From an uncultured Actinomycetes bacterium (lineage in GTDB: Bacteria; Actinomycetota; UBA4738; HRBIN12), in assembly GCA_963704885.1 (NCBI GenBank), contig CAVPIB010000001.1, forward strand, positions 832,001-896,000: a DNA stretch of 64,000 bases. Reading direction: 5' to 3'. Below are positions 8,997 to 19,586 of the stretch, in pieces. Position 1 is the stretch's first letter, and each line of letters begins with the position of its first letter. The translations under genes were made by a program, and so were the position numbers. A model generated the notes under the pieces. That model saw only the letters and a program-made list of their open reading frames with translations. It searched no databases and had not been told where the DNA came from.

Positions 8997-10889
8997 ATGA
9001 GCCGAACGAGACGAGCTGTCGCTGTGGTGTTGGTTGCCGCCACGCTTCCGGCCCTCGGCCTCACCGTCCCCGCGGCCGACGCCGCCGCAGGTTCGATCAT
9101 CCGGGTGAACCAGGTCGGCTACCTGCAGAACGAGCCCAAGCGCGCCTACCTGATGACGGACAAGCTGCGTGGTGGCGACGCATTCGATGTGGTGGACGTC
9201 ACGGGCGCAACGGTCTGGTCTGGAACCGTAGGCAAGGACCTGGGCCGCTGGAACTCGAGCTACCCGCACGTCTTCGCTATCGACTTCGATCCGGTCACAT
9301 CACCGGCGACCTACACGATCCGTGTGGGCGGCCTTTCGTCGCCTGCGCTCAAGATCGTCAGCGGGTCGGCCTATCGTTCGCTCATCACTAACTCGCTCCT
9401 GTTCTTCCAAGGGCAGCGCGACGGCGCGGACACGACCAACTTCGTTCTCAACCGGCAGCCGAGCCATCTGCACGACCGGAAGGCGTCGGTGTACGTGCCG
9501 CGCTACGTGCACGGCCGCCTGATCGGGATGAAGCAGGTAGGCGGCCCGGTCGACGTGGCCGGCGGCTGGTTCGACGCCGGTGACTACCTGAAGTTCGTGG
9601 GCACCACGTCGTTCGCGACCTGGCTCATGCTCACCGCGGTCAGGGACGATCCCGCGTTCTTCGGCGCGAGCGGGCCGAAGCTCACCGACGAGGCCGAGCG
9701 CGGGATCCGGTGGCTCCTCAAGATGTGGGACGGCGGGAAGAAGGTCCTTTACACGCAGGTGGGGATCGGCAACGGAGGTCCGGGCATCCGCGGCGACCAC
9801 GACCTCTGGCGGACCCCGGAGTCCGATGACGGTTCGCGGGGCAAGGCGAACCGCTTCCTGGCACATCGTCCCGTGTTCCGCGCGGGTCCTCCAGGTGCAA
9901 AGCTCCCCCCGTCGCTCGCCGGGCGGTTCGCGGCGGCGATGGGTCTCTGCTACCAGGTGCTCCACCCGACCCTCGAGTCCGCGCTCGCCGACAGGTGCCT
10001 GCGCGCCGGTGAGCAGGTGTTCGCCCAAGCCAAGACGTCGAACGTCGGGATCCAGCAGATCACGCAGCCCAACACCTACTACCGCGAGGTCGAGTGGCGC
10101 GACGACCTGGAGCTGGGTGCTGTCGAGCTGAGCGTGGCGCTCCGTCAGGCCACATCACTCCCATCCGGCTTGCTCCATGAGGATCCGGCCTTCTACCTGA
10201 AGAGCGCCGCGAAGTGGGCCAACGCGTACATCCTTGGACCGACCACCGGAACGGACACCTTCAACCTCTACGACGTGAGCGGCCTGGCGCATCACGAGCT
10301 GTATCGCGCGATGGTCGCGGCCGGGAACCCGACGAACCTGGCCGTCAGCAAGGGCGATCTGGTGGCCGATCTGCGGCACCAGCTGGATCCGGCTCTCAAC
10401 CGCGCCAGGAACGATCCGTTCGGCTACGGGTGGCGCCGGCGGGACCCGGTGCCCCACGCCTTCGGACTGGCGATCCAAGCGCTCGCTTACCAGTCCATCA
10501 CCGGGGACGCCCGTTACGGCGATGTCTGGCGGCACCAGGTCGACTGGGCGCTGGGCGCCAATGCGTGGGGTACTTCGTTCGTGGTGGGCGCCGGCGCCAC
10601 CTTCCCGGAGTGCCTCCACCACCAGGTGGCGAACCTGGTCGGAGCCCTGGACGGAACGTCCCCGCTCCTGCTGGGTGCAACCGTCGCCGGACCTTCCAGC
10701 ACTGTCGTGGGAGGTGGGTTCTTCGGTAACGCGAACGATTGCCCCCCGGGCGGCGGGAACGCGTTCAAGGCGTTCGACCAGTCGAACTGGCACTACGTGG
10801 ATCGTCTGCGGTCCTGGTCAACGGTGGAGCCGTCGCTCGACTACACGGCGCTATCGATGCTCACGTTCGCCAGATTGCAGGGTCGCTAG
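8997..10889 (+). CDS. Secreted glycoside hydrolase family 9 with N-terminal Ig-like domain
   Basis: Signal peptide, IRVNQVGY, GGWFDAGDYLKF, LGANAWGTSFVVG...HH, WSTVEPSLDYTA; SD AGGAG before ATG 8997. Confidence 0.88.
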   Translation: MSRTRRAVAVVLVAATLPALGLTVPAADAAAGSIIRVNQVGYLQNEPKRAYLMTDKLRGGDAFDVVDVTGATVWSGTVGKDLGRWNSSYPHVFAIDFDPVTSPATYTIRVGGLSSPALKIVSGSAYRSLITNSLLFFQGQRDGADTTNFVLNRQPSHLHDRKASVYVPRYVHGRLIGMKQVGGPVDVAGGWFDAGDYLKFVGTTSFATWLMLTAVRDDPAFFGASGPKLTDEAERGIRWLLKMWDGGKKVLYTQVGIGNGGPGIRGDHDLWRTPESDDGSRGKANRFLAHRPVFRAGPPGAKLPPSLAGRFAAAMGLCYQVLHPTLESALADRCLRAGEQVFAQAKTSNVGIQQITQPNTYYREVEWRDDLELGAVELSVALRQATSLPSGLLHEDPAFYLKSAAKWANAYILGPTTGTDTFNLYDVSGLAHHELYRAMVAAGNPTNLAVSKGDLVADLRHQLDPALNRARNDPFGYGWRRRDPVPHAFGLAIQALAYQSITGDARYGDVWRHQVDWALGANAWGTSFVVGAGATFPECLHHQVANLVGALDGTSPLLLGATVAGPSSTVVGGGFFGNANDCPPGGGNAFKAFDQSNWHYVDRLRSWSTVEPSLDYTALSMLTFARLQGR

Positions 10890-12346
10890 GCCAGCCGGTC
10901 CAGCACGTTGCGCGTGATGCGTTCGACCACGGGGTCGCCGTGCTTCAAGCCGAACGACCAGTCGATCACGCCTGCGTTGAAGACCGTGCCCCCGCCGGGA
11001 ACCGTGAACGTCGCCATCACCGCGTGGTTGTCGGCTATGCGTTCGACGTGTTCGGGGGAAGCATCGCCGAAGAGCGCGGCCGCGACATGTTCCAGCTCGC
11101 CCGGCTCGTGGGCGTAGCGGGTGGGTTGCTCGTCCCGTGACCACAGGCGAGCGGGTGCGGTGGCCAAGATCTCGAGGCTCTCGGGCGCACCGTCCTCATG
11201 CGTTGGGAGCGCGATCCCGTCGCGCCACGTGAGAGCGCAGCCGTCCACCTCGTAGGCGACGATCGAATCCCGCACGCCGAACTCGTCGCCTTGCCCGAGG
11301 CCGGTCCCCTCGAGCGCCCAGTGGTCGGGCCGCTGCACCGTGTAGCCGCCGGAGGCACGCGGCGCGCCCATGCCGTAGCGGGAGTAGCCGCCACGCGTGA
11401 ACGTGAGACCGGTCGTGGACGTCTCGGGGCGGCCTACCCGCCGGTCCGACCACGCGCCGGACAGCAACCGTTCATCGGGCGTACCGAGGACCGGGTCGTC
11501 GGGGTCCGCCCGGTACTTGAAGCAGGTCATCGCCCGACCGTCGTCCTCGAACCGGATCTGCCAGAAGCAGGTGTTGCCGCTGAAGATCGCAGCGTTCCCA
11601 CCCCGAGCGACGAACGTATCCAGCGCGTCCCGCATGCCCCACGACCAGTACTCGTCGTGGCCGACGTGCAGCGTCAACCGGCGGCCGTCGAGCAGATCCG
11701 GGTGTGCTTCCAGATCATGGGACGTCGCGACGTCGATGCGGTAGCCGTTCGCCTCGGTCCAGTGCAAGAACGGGCGCTCCCAGTTCCACCAGCCCGCGCC
11801 GCCGCTCCAGTCGGACAGCCCGAGCGGTCGCACCCAGTTCCGGTAGCCCATGGCCTCGCGATCGAGCTCGGTCTGCATCATCCGACCGATCGGCTCGGGC
11901 TTCACCAGGAACCCCTTCGCGAACGGACGCTCGAACGAGACTCGTGTGCCGCCGGTGTAGAGCGAAGGTCCACCCCAGTCGTTGTAGGCGTTCCAGGTGG
12001 TGGTGGCTAGGACGAGGAGGATCGCTGCCGGGTCATCGGCGTCCGGCCGGATGACGAAGCAGGCGTCGGCGCGTTCGTCGCCGGCGGCGACGGTCACCGC
12101 GTAGTAGCCGGATCGCAGTCCGTCGGTCGGGATCTCCACGGTTACCGGCCAGCCACAGCCGTTAGAGCTCGCGTCGCCGGGCGTGTCGTGGGGATCGGTT
12201 CGGACGCCCTCCGCTCGGAACACGACCTCAGGGTCGACGCTGTCGCGCGTGGCCTCCACGTGGACGGTTGCGGAGTCGCTGGAGATGCGAAGCTCCGCCG
12301 GGTCGCCTGGCGTCTTCGACAGGGGCCAGCAGTACGCCTCGAGCAT
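10886..12346 (-). CDS. N,N-dimethylformamidase beta-subunit-like (DUF6605) protein
   Basis: TWNAYNDWGGPSLY, VSFERP, VGHDEYWS, FSGNTCFWQIR, YEVDG, VFNAG. Confidence 0.8.
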   Translation of the reverse strand: MLEAYCWPLSKTPGDPAELRISSDSATVHVEATRDSVDPEVVFRAEGVRTDPHDTPGDASSNGCGWPVTVEIPTDGLRSGYYAVTVAAGDERADACFVIRPDADDPAAILLVLATTTWNAYNDWGGPSLYTGGTRVSFERPFAKGFLVKPEPIGRMMQTELDREAMGYRNWVRPLGLSDWSGGAGWWNWERPFLHWTEANGYRIDVATSHDLEAHPDLLDGRRLTLHVGHDEYWSWGMRDALDTFVARGGNAAIFSGNTCFWQIRFEDDGRAMTCFKYRADPDDPVLGTPDERLLSGAWSDRRVGRPETSTTGLTFTRGGYSRYGMGAPRASGGYTVQRPDHWALEGTGLGQGDEFGVRDSIVAYEVDGCALTWRDGIALPTHEDGAPESLEILATAPARLWSRDEQPTRYAHEPGELEHVAAALFGDASPEHVERIADNHAVMATFTVPGGGTVFNAGVIDWSFGLKHGDPVVERITRNVLDRLA

Positions 12347-12355
12347 GGAACGAGT

Positions 12356-13723
12356 CTAGTGAGCGCCGGCCACGCGATAGAGGTGCCAGCGGTCCGGGAT
12401 GCCCTTCAGCTCATGTTCGCCGGCGTCGTCGAACCTGAGGCCGGAGCCCGAGACCAGGTCCCTCACCGTCTGAGAGACAAGGACCTCGGACGGGGCCGCG
12501 AGCGACGCGATCCTGGCGCCGACGTTCACGGCGATCCCGCCGACCTTGCCCGCGATCGTCTCGACCTCACCAGTGTGCACGCCTGCCCTCACCTCTAGCC
12601 CCATCTCCTGAACCGCATCGCCGATGGCTTCGGCGCACCGGACCGCGCGCGCGGGGCCGTCGAACGTGGCGAAGAACCCGTCGCCGGCAGTGTCGACTTC
12701 CTTGCCGCGGAACCGGCCGAGCAGCGCCCGCACGGCGCCGTGATGCCGCTCGACCAGGTCGCCCCAGCCGCGATCGCCCAGCTCAGCGGCCTTAGCCGTA
12801 GATCCGACGATGTCGGTGAACATCACGGTTGCCAGGACCCTGTCGAGGTCGGCCTCAGCGTCGCGAACCTCGGCGACGAACGGCTCGATCTCGCCGAGCA
12901 GTTGATCCTGGTCGCCGACCCAGAAGAAGTGATCCGCACCGGGGAACGAGACGAACCTTGCACCATGGATCTGCTCGGCCATCCACTTGGTCTCTTCGAG
13001 GGGGAACGCGAGGTCGCCATCGCGGGCCAGTACGAGCGTCGGGACGTGGATGGCCGGCAACGCGGGGCGCACATCGATCCCGCGGTTCATCCGGGCCAAG
13101 GCCATCGCGGCGCCTGGGCTCGCCGCGTGCCGCAGGTAGTCCGCGAGCCAGCCGATCGCGTCGTCGTCGTCGGCAAGGCTCGGCGCTCCCCAGCCACGCA
13201 TCTCTTGCCCCGCGAACTCCCGCGTACCCCAATCGCGCTCGTAACGTTGAACCGTCTCCTCGAACCTCTCGTCGGTGGATGCCGGCCAGGCGTAGTCGGC
13301 TGCGGGCGTCCAGGCTGCGCCGGTGCCGAACAAGACGAGGGCTATCGAGCGCTCCGGGTACGTCGCGGCGAAGAGCGTCGCCATCGGCCCACCCTCGGAC
13401 ATCCCCAGTACCACAGCACGTTCCGAGCCGACAGCGTCCATGACGGCCCTGGCGTCGTCCATCCGGACCTCGAGCGACGGGAGCCGGTCGTCCGACACGC
13501 GGTCCGAGAGCCCCATGCCTCGCTTGTCGAACAGGATCAGACGCGAGAACGATGCCAGCCTGTTGAGGAATCTGGCGAGCGAAGGCTCTGCCCACATCAG
13601 CTCGATATGACTCGTCCAGCCCATCACGAACACGATGTCGACCGGTCCGTCGCCCACGACCTCGTAGGCGATGTGCACGCCGTCCGCCGTCTTCGCGTAT
13701 CGGGTCTCAGGGGGGTGTGTCAC
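12356..13723 (-). CDS. Alpha/beta-hydrolase + class III nucleotide cyclase (LipJ/Rv1900c-like), copy 1
   Basis: ETRYAK, FDKRGMGLSD, GMSEGG; cyclase FTDIVGST, DTAGDGF, GVHTGE, AVNVGAR. Confidence 0.9.
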   Translation of the reverse strand: MTHPPETRYAKTADGVHIAYEVVGDGPVDIVFVMGWTSHIELMWAEPSLARFLNRLASFSRLILFDKRGMGLSDRVSDDRLPSLEVRMDDARAVMDAVGSERAVVLGMSEGGPMATLFAATYPERSIALVLFGTGAAWTPAADYAWPASTDERFEETVQRYERDWGTREFAGQEMRGWGAPSLADDDDAIGWLADYLRHAASPGAAMALARMNRGIDVRPALPAIHVPTLVLARDGDLAFPLEETKWMAEQIHGARFVSFPGADHFFWVGDQDQLLGEIEPFVAEVRDAEADLDRVLATVMFTDIVGSTAKAAELGDRGWGDLVERHHGAVRALLGRFRGKEVDTAGDGFFATFDGPARAVRCAEAIGDAVQEMGLEVRAGVHTGEVETIAGKVGGIAVNVGARIASLAAPSEVLVSQTVRDLVSGSGLRFDDAGEHELKGIPDRWHLYRVAGAH

Positions 13724-13724
13724 G

Positions 13725-14489
13725 TCAAACCACCATCGTGCCGCCGTCGACGATCAGCTCGATCCCGGTTATGTAAGAGGCTTCATCGCTCGCCAGGAAC
13801 AGCGCGGCGTTCACGACGTCGCGCGCCGTGCCGAGCCGGCCGAGCGGGATCGCGGCGCGCGCAGCCTCGACCCAAGCGGCGTCGCTCGTGCGGACCGTCT
13901 GCAACGGCGTCTCCACGAAGCCGGGGTGTATGCAGTTCGCGCGAACACCCTTCGACGCGAACTGCACCGCGAGCGACCGGGTGAGCGAGATCACCGCGCC
14001 CTTGCTGGCCGAATACGCGTCCTGCGGGACCGTGTCGCCGAGCAACGCCGAGAGCGAGCCGACGTTCACGATCGCGCCCCCGCCCGCACGGATCAGCTCC
14101 GGGACGCCGTACTTGCAGACCCAGACCATCCCTTTGAGGTTGATCGCCATAACGCGATCCCAGACGGCTTCGTCCGTCTCGAGCACGCCCAGGTCCCGGT
14201 CTCGCCAGAGCACCCCCGCGTTGTTGTAGAGGACGTGGAGCGCCCCGAACCGCTCGACCGCAGCCCCGATCGCCTCTCGGACCTGCCGCTCATCGGCCAC
14301 GTCGGCGACGAGTGTCTCGATGTCACCACCGCGCTCGCGGACCGCCAAGGCGGTCGTGTCCAGGCCTTCAGCGTCCACATCGAGGGCCACGATCCGCGCG
14401 CCCTCGGATGCGAACACGGCGCAGGCATCGCGGCCCATGCCGCTGCCGGCTCCGGTGATGAGCGCCATCTTCCCCTCGAGCCTGCCCAT
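13725..14489 (-). CDS. Classical SDR oxidoreductase (FabG-like)
   Basis: TGAGSGMG, NNAG, YSASK, PLGRLG, ASYITG; ATG overlaps the upstream TGA. Confidence 0.92.
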   Translation of the reverse strand: MGRLEGKMALITGAGSGMGRDACAVFASEGARIVALDVDAEGLDTTALAVRERGGDIETLVADVADERQVREAIGAAVERFGALHVLYNNAGVLWRDRDLGVLETDEAVWDRVMAINLKGMVWVCKYGVPELIRAGGGAIVNVGSLSALLGDTVPQDAYSASKGAVISLTRSLAVQFASKGVRANCIHPGFVETPLQTVRTSDAAWVEAARAAIPLGRLGTARDVVNAALFLASDEASYITGIELIVDGGTMVV

Positions 14490-15820
14490 CAGCCCACCAC
14501 CCGATAGAGTCGCCAACGGTCGGGGACGCCCTTCAACTCGTGCTCGCCGGCGTCTTCGAACCTGAGGCCGCTACCCGCGGTCAAATCCTTCACGGTCTGC
14601 GAGACCAAGACCTCAGACGGTCCCGCGTTCGCCATCACCCTGGCCCCGATCGAGACCGACAGACCGCTGCACTTGCCGTCGACGAGCTCGCATTCGCCGG
14701 TGTGGAGGCCGGCGCGGACCTCGATCCCCAGCGCTCGGACCGCGATCACGATCTCCTCCGCGCATCGGATCGCACGCGCGGGACCGTCGAATCGGACGTA
14801 GAAGCCATCGCCCGCGGTGTCTTGCTCCAGCCCTCGGAACCGCTCGAGGAGATCGCGGACCGCGGCGTGGTGCCGATCCATGAGCTCCTTCCACGCACGA
14901 TCGCCCAACGACGCCTGCAGCTCGGTCGAGCCGACGATGTCCGTGAACAGCACGGTGGCCAGGATGGTGTCGGACACATGTGCGGGCGGGGCCCCTGTGA
15001 CGAACGCCTCCACTTCGTCGAGCAACGCGTCGGCATCGCCGGCGAACGGGATGTGGTCCACTCCCGGCAGCTCTACATAGCGCGCCCCCTCGATCTGCTC
15101 GGCGACGTATCTCCCTTGTTCGGCGGAGGTGATCGCGTCGCCGGCGCGCTGTAGCACTAGCGTTGGGACGTGGATCGCCGGCAGCACCGAGCGGACGTCC
15201 ATGTCCGAGAAGACCCTTGCGAGCTCCTCGTAGCCGCTCGGACTGGCGACCAATCGTTCGAACCTGGCCCACCAACGCGTGAAGCGCTCGTCGTCCGCGA
15301 GGGATGGAGCCTGCAGCTCGAGGTTGCGGCCCGTGCCCATCTCGCGCACGAACCTTTCGAAGAATGCAGCTTGTTGCGCAGGGGTTCGACCGTACTGGAA
15401 GCCGTCGGAAGCGACGGTCTTCGCGACCGGTGCGTACACGATCAGCGCGTCCGTGCGATCGGGGTGCGTGGCGGCGAACAGCATGGCCATGGTGGCGGCT
15501 CTGGCCACTCCGAACACGGTCGCGGTCGACGAATCGGCCGCGTCCATCACGGCGGCCAGGTCATCGCGCTGCAGCTCGAGGACGGGGGGCTCCGGTCCGC
15601 GGTCCGAACAACCGACTCCCCGCATGTCCAACAAGATCAAACGAGAGAACGAAGCGAGCCGATCCAGGAAGCGCGCCCACGGAGGGTGCTCCCACATGAG
15701 CTCGACGTTGGACCAGATCCCGTTCGCGAACACGAGGTCGGTGGGCCCGTGGCCGATCACCTGGAAGGCGATCGACGTCCCGTCGGGCGCCTTCGCGTAT
15801 CGGGTCTCCGGAGTATCCAC
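14489..15820 (-). CDS. Alpha/beta-hydrolase + class III nucleotide cyclase (LipJ-like), copy 2
   Basis: ETRYAK, LDMRGVGCSD, FTDIVGST, DTAGDGF, GLHTGE; start GTG 15820. Confidence 0.9.
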   Translation of the reverse strand: MDTPETRYAKAPDGTSIAFQVIGHGPTDLVFANGIWSNVELMWEHPPWARFLDRLASFSRLILLDMRGVGCSDRGPEPPVLELQRDDLAAVMDAADSSTATVFGVARAATMAMLFAATHPDRTDALIVYAPVAKTVASDGFQYGRTPAQQAAFFERFVREMGTGRNLELQAPSLADDERFTRWWARFERLVASPSGYEELARVFSDMDVRSVLPAIHVPTLVLQRAGDAITSAEQGRYVAEQIEGARYVELPGVDHIPFAGDADALLDEVEAFVTGAPPAHVSDTILATVLFTDIVGSTELQASLGDRAWKELMDRHHAAVRDLLERFRGLEQDTAGDGFYVRFDGPARAIRCAEEIVIAVRALGIEVRAGLHTGECELVDGKCSGLSVSIGARVMANAGPSEVLVSQTVKDLTAGSGLRFEDAGEHELKGVPDRWRLYRVVG

Positions 15821-15880
15821 GCGGGCATCTTCCGCTGTAGGTCGTTCGGGCCGCAACCTGCGGTTCGCTAGACTGCCGCG

Positions 15881-16288
15881 ATGGCTGAGGGGAAGTTCCG
15901 TGTCGTGGTGGCTAAGCCCGGGTTGGACGGGCACGACCGGGGGGCCAAGGTCGTCGCTCGGGCCCTACGTGACGCGGGGTTCGAGGTGATCTACACCGGC
16001 CTGCGCCAGACGCCCGAACAGATCGCGGAGACCACCGTCCAGGAGGATGCCGACGCTGTCGGGCTCTCGTGTCACTCGGGCGCGCACATGACTCTCTTCC
16101 CGCGCGTCGTCGTGCAGCTGCGCGAACGCGGGGCGGGCGAGGTCCTGGTCTTCGGCGGCGGCGTGATCCCCGCCGACGACATACCCAAGCTCGAGGAGGC
16201 CGGCATAGAGAAGATCTTCACGCCCGGCGCCTCCACGGTGGACATCGCGGCCTGGCTCCGCGAACGGCTAGAGCGCGGGAACGCCTGA
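15881..16288 (+). CDS. Methylmalonyl-CoA mutase C-terminal cobalamin-binding subunit
   Basis: [14 protein letters not shown] (DxHxxG), SCHSGAH, GGGVIP, IFTPG. Confidence 0.93.
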   Translation: MAEGKFRVVVAKPGLDGHDRGAKVVARALRDAGFEVIYTGLRQTPEQIAETTVQEDADAVGLSCHSGAHMTLFPRVVVQLRERGAGEVLVFGGGVIPADDIPKLEEAGIEKIFTPGASTVDIAAWLRERLERGNA

Positions 16289-17434
16289 GTGGATCTGTAC
16301 GAGCACCAAGGGAAGGACGTCTTCCGTTCGCATGGCATCCCCACGCCGCGTGGGATCGTGGCCACCACTGCGGAGGAGGCCGCCGAGGCCACGCGCGAGC
16401 TGGGCGGGCGCTCGGTCGTGAAGGTCCAGGTCCAGATCGGAGGACGCGGCAAGGGCGGTGGCGTAGTGCTGGTCGACTCGCCGGAGCGCGCCGCCGAGGA
16501 GGCCGAACGCATGCTCCGCGACGGCTTCAAGGACATGCCGGTCACGCGGGTGCTCGTCGAGGAGCTGCTGCCGATCGCGCAGGAGTTCTACACGTCGCTC
16601 GTGCTGGATCGTTCGGCTGGGGACTATCTGGCCCTCATGACGGCCGAGGGCGGCGTGGACATCGAGGAGCTGGCCGCAACCCGTCCCGAGGCGATCCGCC
16701 GTGTCCACGTGGACCCCATGCTCGGCCTTCGCATGTACCACGTGCGTGAGCTGACGGGAACGCTTCCGCCCCAGGCGCGCGAGGGAGCCGCCGACGTCCT
16801 GCGCAAGCTAGCAGCCATCCTGGCCGAACGCGACGCCACGCTCTTAGAGGTGAACCCGCTCGTCTTGCTGGAGGACGGCCAGGTGATCGCGCTCGACGCC
16901 AAGGTCACGATCGACGACAACGCCCTCTGGCGTCAGCCCGATCTGGAAGAGCTGAAGTCGTCGTTCCCGATCGATCCGGTCGAGGCCCGTGCGACGGCCG
17001 CGGGACTGCAGTACGTGAAGCTCGAGGGCGAGGTAGGGATCATCGGTAACGGCGCCGGATTGGTCATGTCGACGTTGGACGTGGTGGCCCAGGCCGGCGC
17101 CAAGGCTGCGAACTTCTTGGACGTGGGCGGCGGCGCGTCGGCCGACCTGATGGCGACCTCCTTGGAAGTGATCCTGTCGGACCCGGCCGTCAAGGCCGTG
17201 TTGATCAACATCTTCGGCGGCATCACGCGCTGTGACCTTGTGGCGCAGGGCATCCTGGAGGCGCTCGCCCGGATCGACGCGAACGTTCCGATCGTGGTCC
17301 GCCTGGACGGGACCAACGCGCGAGTAGGCCGGGAGATCTTGAAGGAAGCGGCTCACCCTCGGATCGTGACGGCAGCCACCATGTTGGAGGCTGCTAGAAA
17401 GGCGGCCGATCTGGCGAAGGGCGCCGCCTCATGA
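16289..17434 (+). CDS. sucC: Succinyl-CoA synthetase beta subunit
   Basis: [45 protein letters not shown]. Confidence 0.97.
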   Translation: MDLYEHQGKDVFRSHGIPTPRGIVATTAEEAAEATRELGGRSVVKVQVQIGGRGKGGGVVLVDSPERAAEEAERMLRDGFKDMPVTRVLVEELLPIAQEFYTSLVLDRSAGDYLALMTAEGGVDIEELAATRPEAIRRVHVDPMLGLRMYHVRELTGTLPPQAREGAADVLRKLAAILAERDATLLEVNPLVLLEDGQVIALDAKVTIDDNALWRQPDLEELKSSFPIDPVEARATAAGLQYVKLEGEVGIIGNGAGLVMSTLDVVAQAGAKAANFLDVGGGASADLMATSLEVILSDPAVKAVLINIFGGITRCDLVAQGILEALARIDANVPIVVRLDGTNARVGREILKEAAHPRIVTAATMLEAARKAADLAKGAAS

Positions 17435-18300
17435 GCGTGCTGGTCGGCGCCGACACGAAGTTAGTGGTCCAGGGCATCACCGGCCGCGAGGGGACGTTCC
17501 ACACGCTCCGCAACCGCGCTTACGGGACGCGGGTCGTGGCCGGCGTCACGCCGGGCAAGGCAGGTGAAGACGTGGAGGGGATCCCTGTGTTCGACACGGT
17601 GATGGACGCCGTCCGAGAGACCGGGGCGAACACCTCGATGATCTTCGTGCCTCCACGGTTCGCGGCCGAGGCCATCTTGGAGGCCGCCGACGCCGGGATC
17701 GCGCTCGTCGTCTGCATAACCGAGGGCATCCCGGTCCGCGACATGGCGAACGTCCACAGCTACCTGAAGGGTGTGTCTACCACGCTGGTCGGTCCCAATT
17801 GCCCCGGCGTGATCTCGCCCGGCTCGGCGAACGTGGGCATCATCCCTGGTGAGATATGTGCGCCCGGACGCGTTGGTCTGGTGAGTCGGTCCGGGACGCT
17901 CGTCTACCAGATCGTGCACGAACTCACGCAGCTGGGGCTCGGCCAGTCGACCTGCGTGGGCATGGGCGGCGACCCGGTGCACGGCATCGGGTTCATCGAG
18001 TCGCTCGCCGCGTTCCAGGCCGATGATGCAACCGACCTGGTGGTCATGGTCGGGGAGATCGGCGGCGACGACGAGGAACGAGCGGCTGGATATATCGCCG
18101 ATCACGTGAGCAAGCCCGTGGTCGGATACATCGCGGGGTTCGAGGCACCGCCGGGTAAGCGTATGGGCCACGCGGGCGCGATCGTCACCGGCTCGAAGGG
18201 CACGGCCGCCGCGAAGGCCGAGGCGCTGGAGGCGGCCGGCGTCCGCGTCGGTCGCACGCCTACGCAGGTGGCCGAGCTGGTGCAGGCGGCGCTGGGATGA
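17431..18300 (+). CDS. sucD: Succinyl-CoA synthetase alpha subunit
   Basis: [32 protein letters not shown]. Confidence 0.97.
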   Translation: MSVLVGADTKLVVQGITGREGTFHTLRNRAYGTRVVAGVTPGKAGEDVEGIPVFDTVMDAVRETGANTSMIFVPPRFAAEAILEAADAGIALVVCITEGIPVRDMANVHSYLKGVSTTLVGPNCPGVISPGSANVGIIPGEICAPGRVGLVSRSGTLVYQIVHELTQLGLGQSTCVGMGGDPVHGIGFIESLAAFQADDATDLVVMVGEIGGDDEERAAGYIADHVSKPVVGYIAGFEAPPGKRMGHAGAIVTGSKGTAAAKAEALEAAGVRVGRTPTQVAELVQAALG

Positions 18301-19586
18301 AGCCCGGGGCGCCGCCGGGTCCAGCGGCGCCGCTCGCAGGAGCCCGGCCCGCGTTCCCGTGGGCTATGGCTCTCGTGCGGGGATCCCTCGCCTTCCTGAC
18401 CGTGGCGCTGGCGGCACAGCTGATCGCGTTCGCGATGGGACTCGTTCGGGGCGGCCTGGCCACGACCACGGTCGCGAAGCTCGGTTGGTTCTACGCCCTA
18501 GCCTTCCATCGAGTGCCGATCGAGGTCGATGGGCCGTCGTTCGGCTATCGGGTATCGGTCGCGTTCCTCACCGGGACGGCGCTCGCGCTCTGGGTCGGTT
18601 ACCGGCATGGACGCGCGATCGGCCGGCGGGTCGAAGTACGGGGTCGATGGGCGGCGCCGGCCGCCGTCGCGGTGTTCGCCGTGGCGTACGCCGTTCCCTT
18701 CGGCCTGCTGACTCGAGTGGTGAGACTCGAGGTCGGCGCCGGATCCCAGCTGCTGGGGCTGGATGGTGTTCGCCTGCAGGGCCTAGCCGTCCAGGCGTTC
18801 GTCCTGCCGCTGCTACTTGCGTCGGGAGCCGGCGCCGTAGGCATGCTCATGGTGGTGCTCCCGTCGAGCTCTCGTGCCCGGACGGCCCTCGTCGAAGGAT
18901 GGCGGATGTTCTGCGTGGCCCTGGGGTTCTCATTGGTCGGACTCTTGGTTCTGGCCTCGGTGCGTCCGGCCGGCCTCGCGACCTATGCGCGCGCCCTGAC
19001 AGGCCATGGCCTGGGCACCGATGCGCTCCTTCTGGGCCACCAGGCGCTGTTGCTGCCGAACCAGGCCCTCTTCGTCCTGGTGCCGTCGATGGGTGGCTGC
19101 GTGGGCCTGCACGGCGCCACGTCCTGGGACCCCATCGCTTGCCTGGGGCATCTTCCGCGACTTGAGGATGCCTACCTTCTGCTCTCCGCCGATACCCCGG
19201 GTCGCGTCGCGCGGTCCTCCTCCCTCTCGCGGGCGATGCCGACCGCGTATCTCCTGTTCCTGCTCGTGCCCCTTTCCGCCACGGCGTGGGTCGGACGCAC
19301 GATCCGATCGTCAACGCGAGACGTCAACAGGTGGACAACGACCCTGATCGCCACGGGAGCGGTCTTCGCGATCTGCACCGGGGTCGGGTCGTGGTTCGCG
19401 GGCGTCACCTTGATGGACACATCAAGGCCCCGGTCATGGAGCGTCACGCTGGGGGCTAGGTTCCTGTCTACGGCGCTGATCGCGCTGGCTTGGGGCCTAG
19501 GCGGCGGCGCGGTCGGTGGGCTGCTGGCGCGACGTCAGGAGGCGGCCGGTCCGGAAGACCCTCCGCCCAGCCCGACCTCTGAGTAG
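18297..19586 (+). CDS. Multi-pass membrane protein, probably DUF6350/PerM-like
   Basis: About 10 hydrophobic segments, LLLPN motif, located between sucD and purN as in many actinobacteria. Confidence 0.6.
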   Translation: MKPGAPPGPAAPLAGARPAFPWAMALVRGSLAFLTVALAAQLIAFAMGLVRGGLATTTVAKLGWFYALAFHRVPIEVDGPSFGYRVSVAFLTGTALALWVGYRHGRAIGRRVEVRGRWAAPAAVAVFAVAYAVPFGLLTRVVRLEVGAGSQLLGLDGVRLQGLAVQAFVLPLLLASGAGAVGMLMVVLPSSSRARTALVEGWRMFCVALGFSLVGLLVLASVRPAGLATYARALTGHGLGTDALLLGHQALLLPNQALFVLVPSMGGCVGLHGATSWDPIACLGHLPRLEDAYLLLSADTPGRVARSSSLSRAMPTAYLLFLLVPLSATAWVGRTIRSSTRDVNRWTTTLIATGAVFAICTGVGSWFAGVTLMDTSRPRSWSVTLGARFLSTALIALAWGLGGGAVGGLLARRQEAAGPEDPPPSPTSE

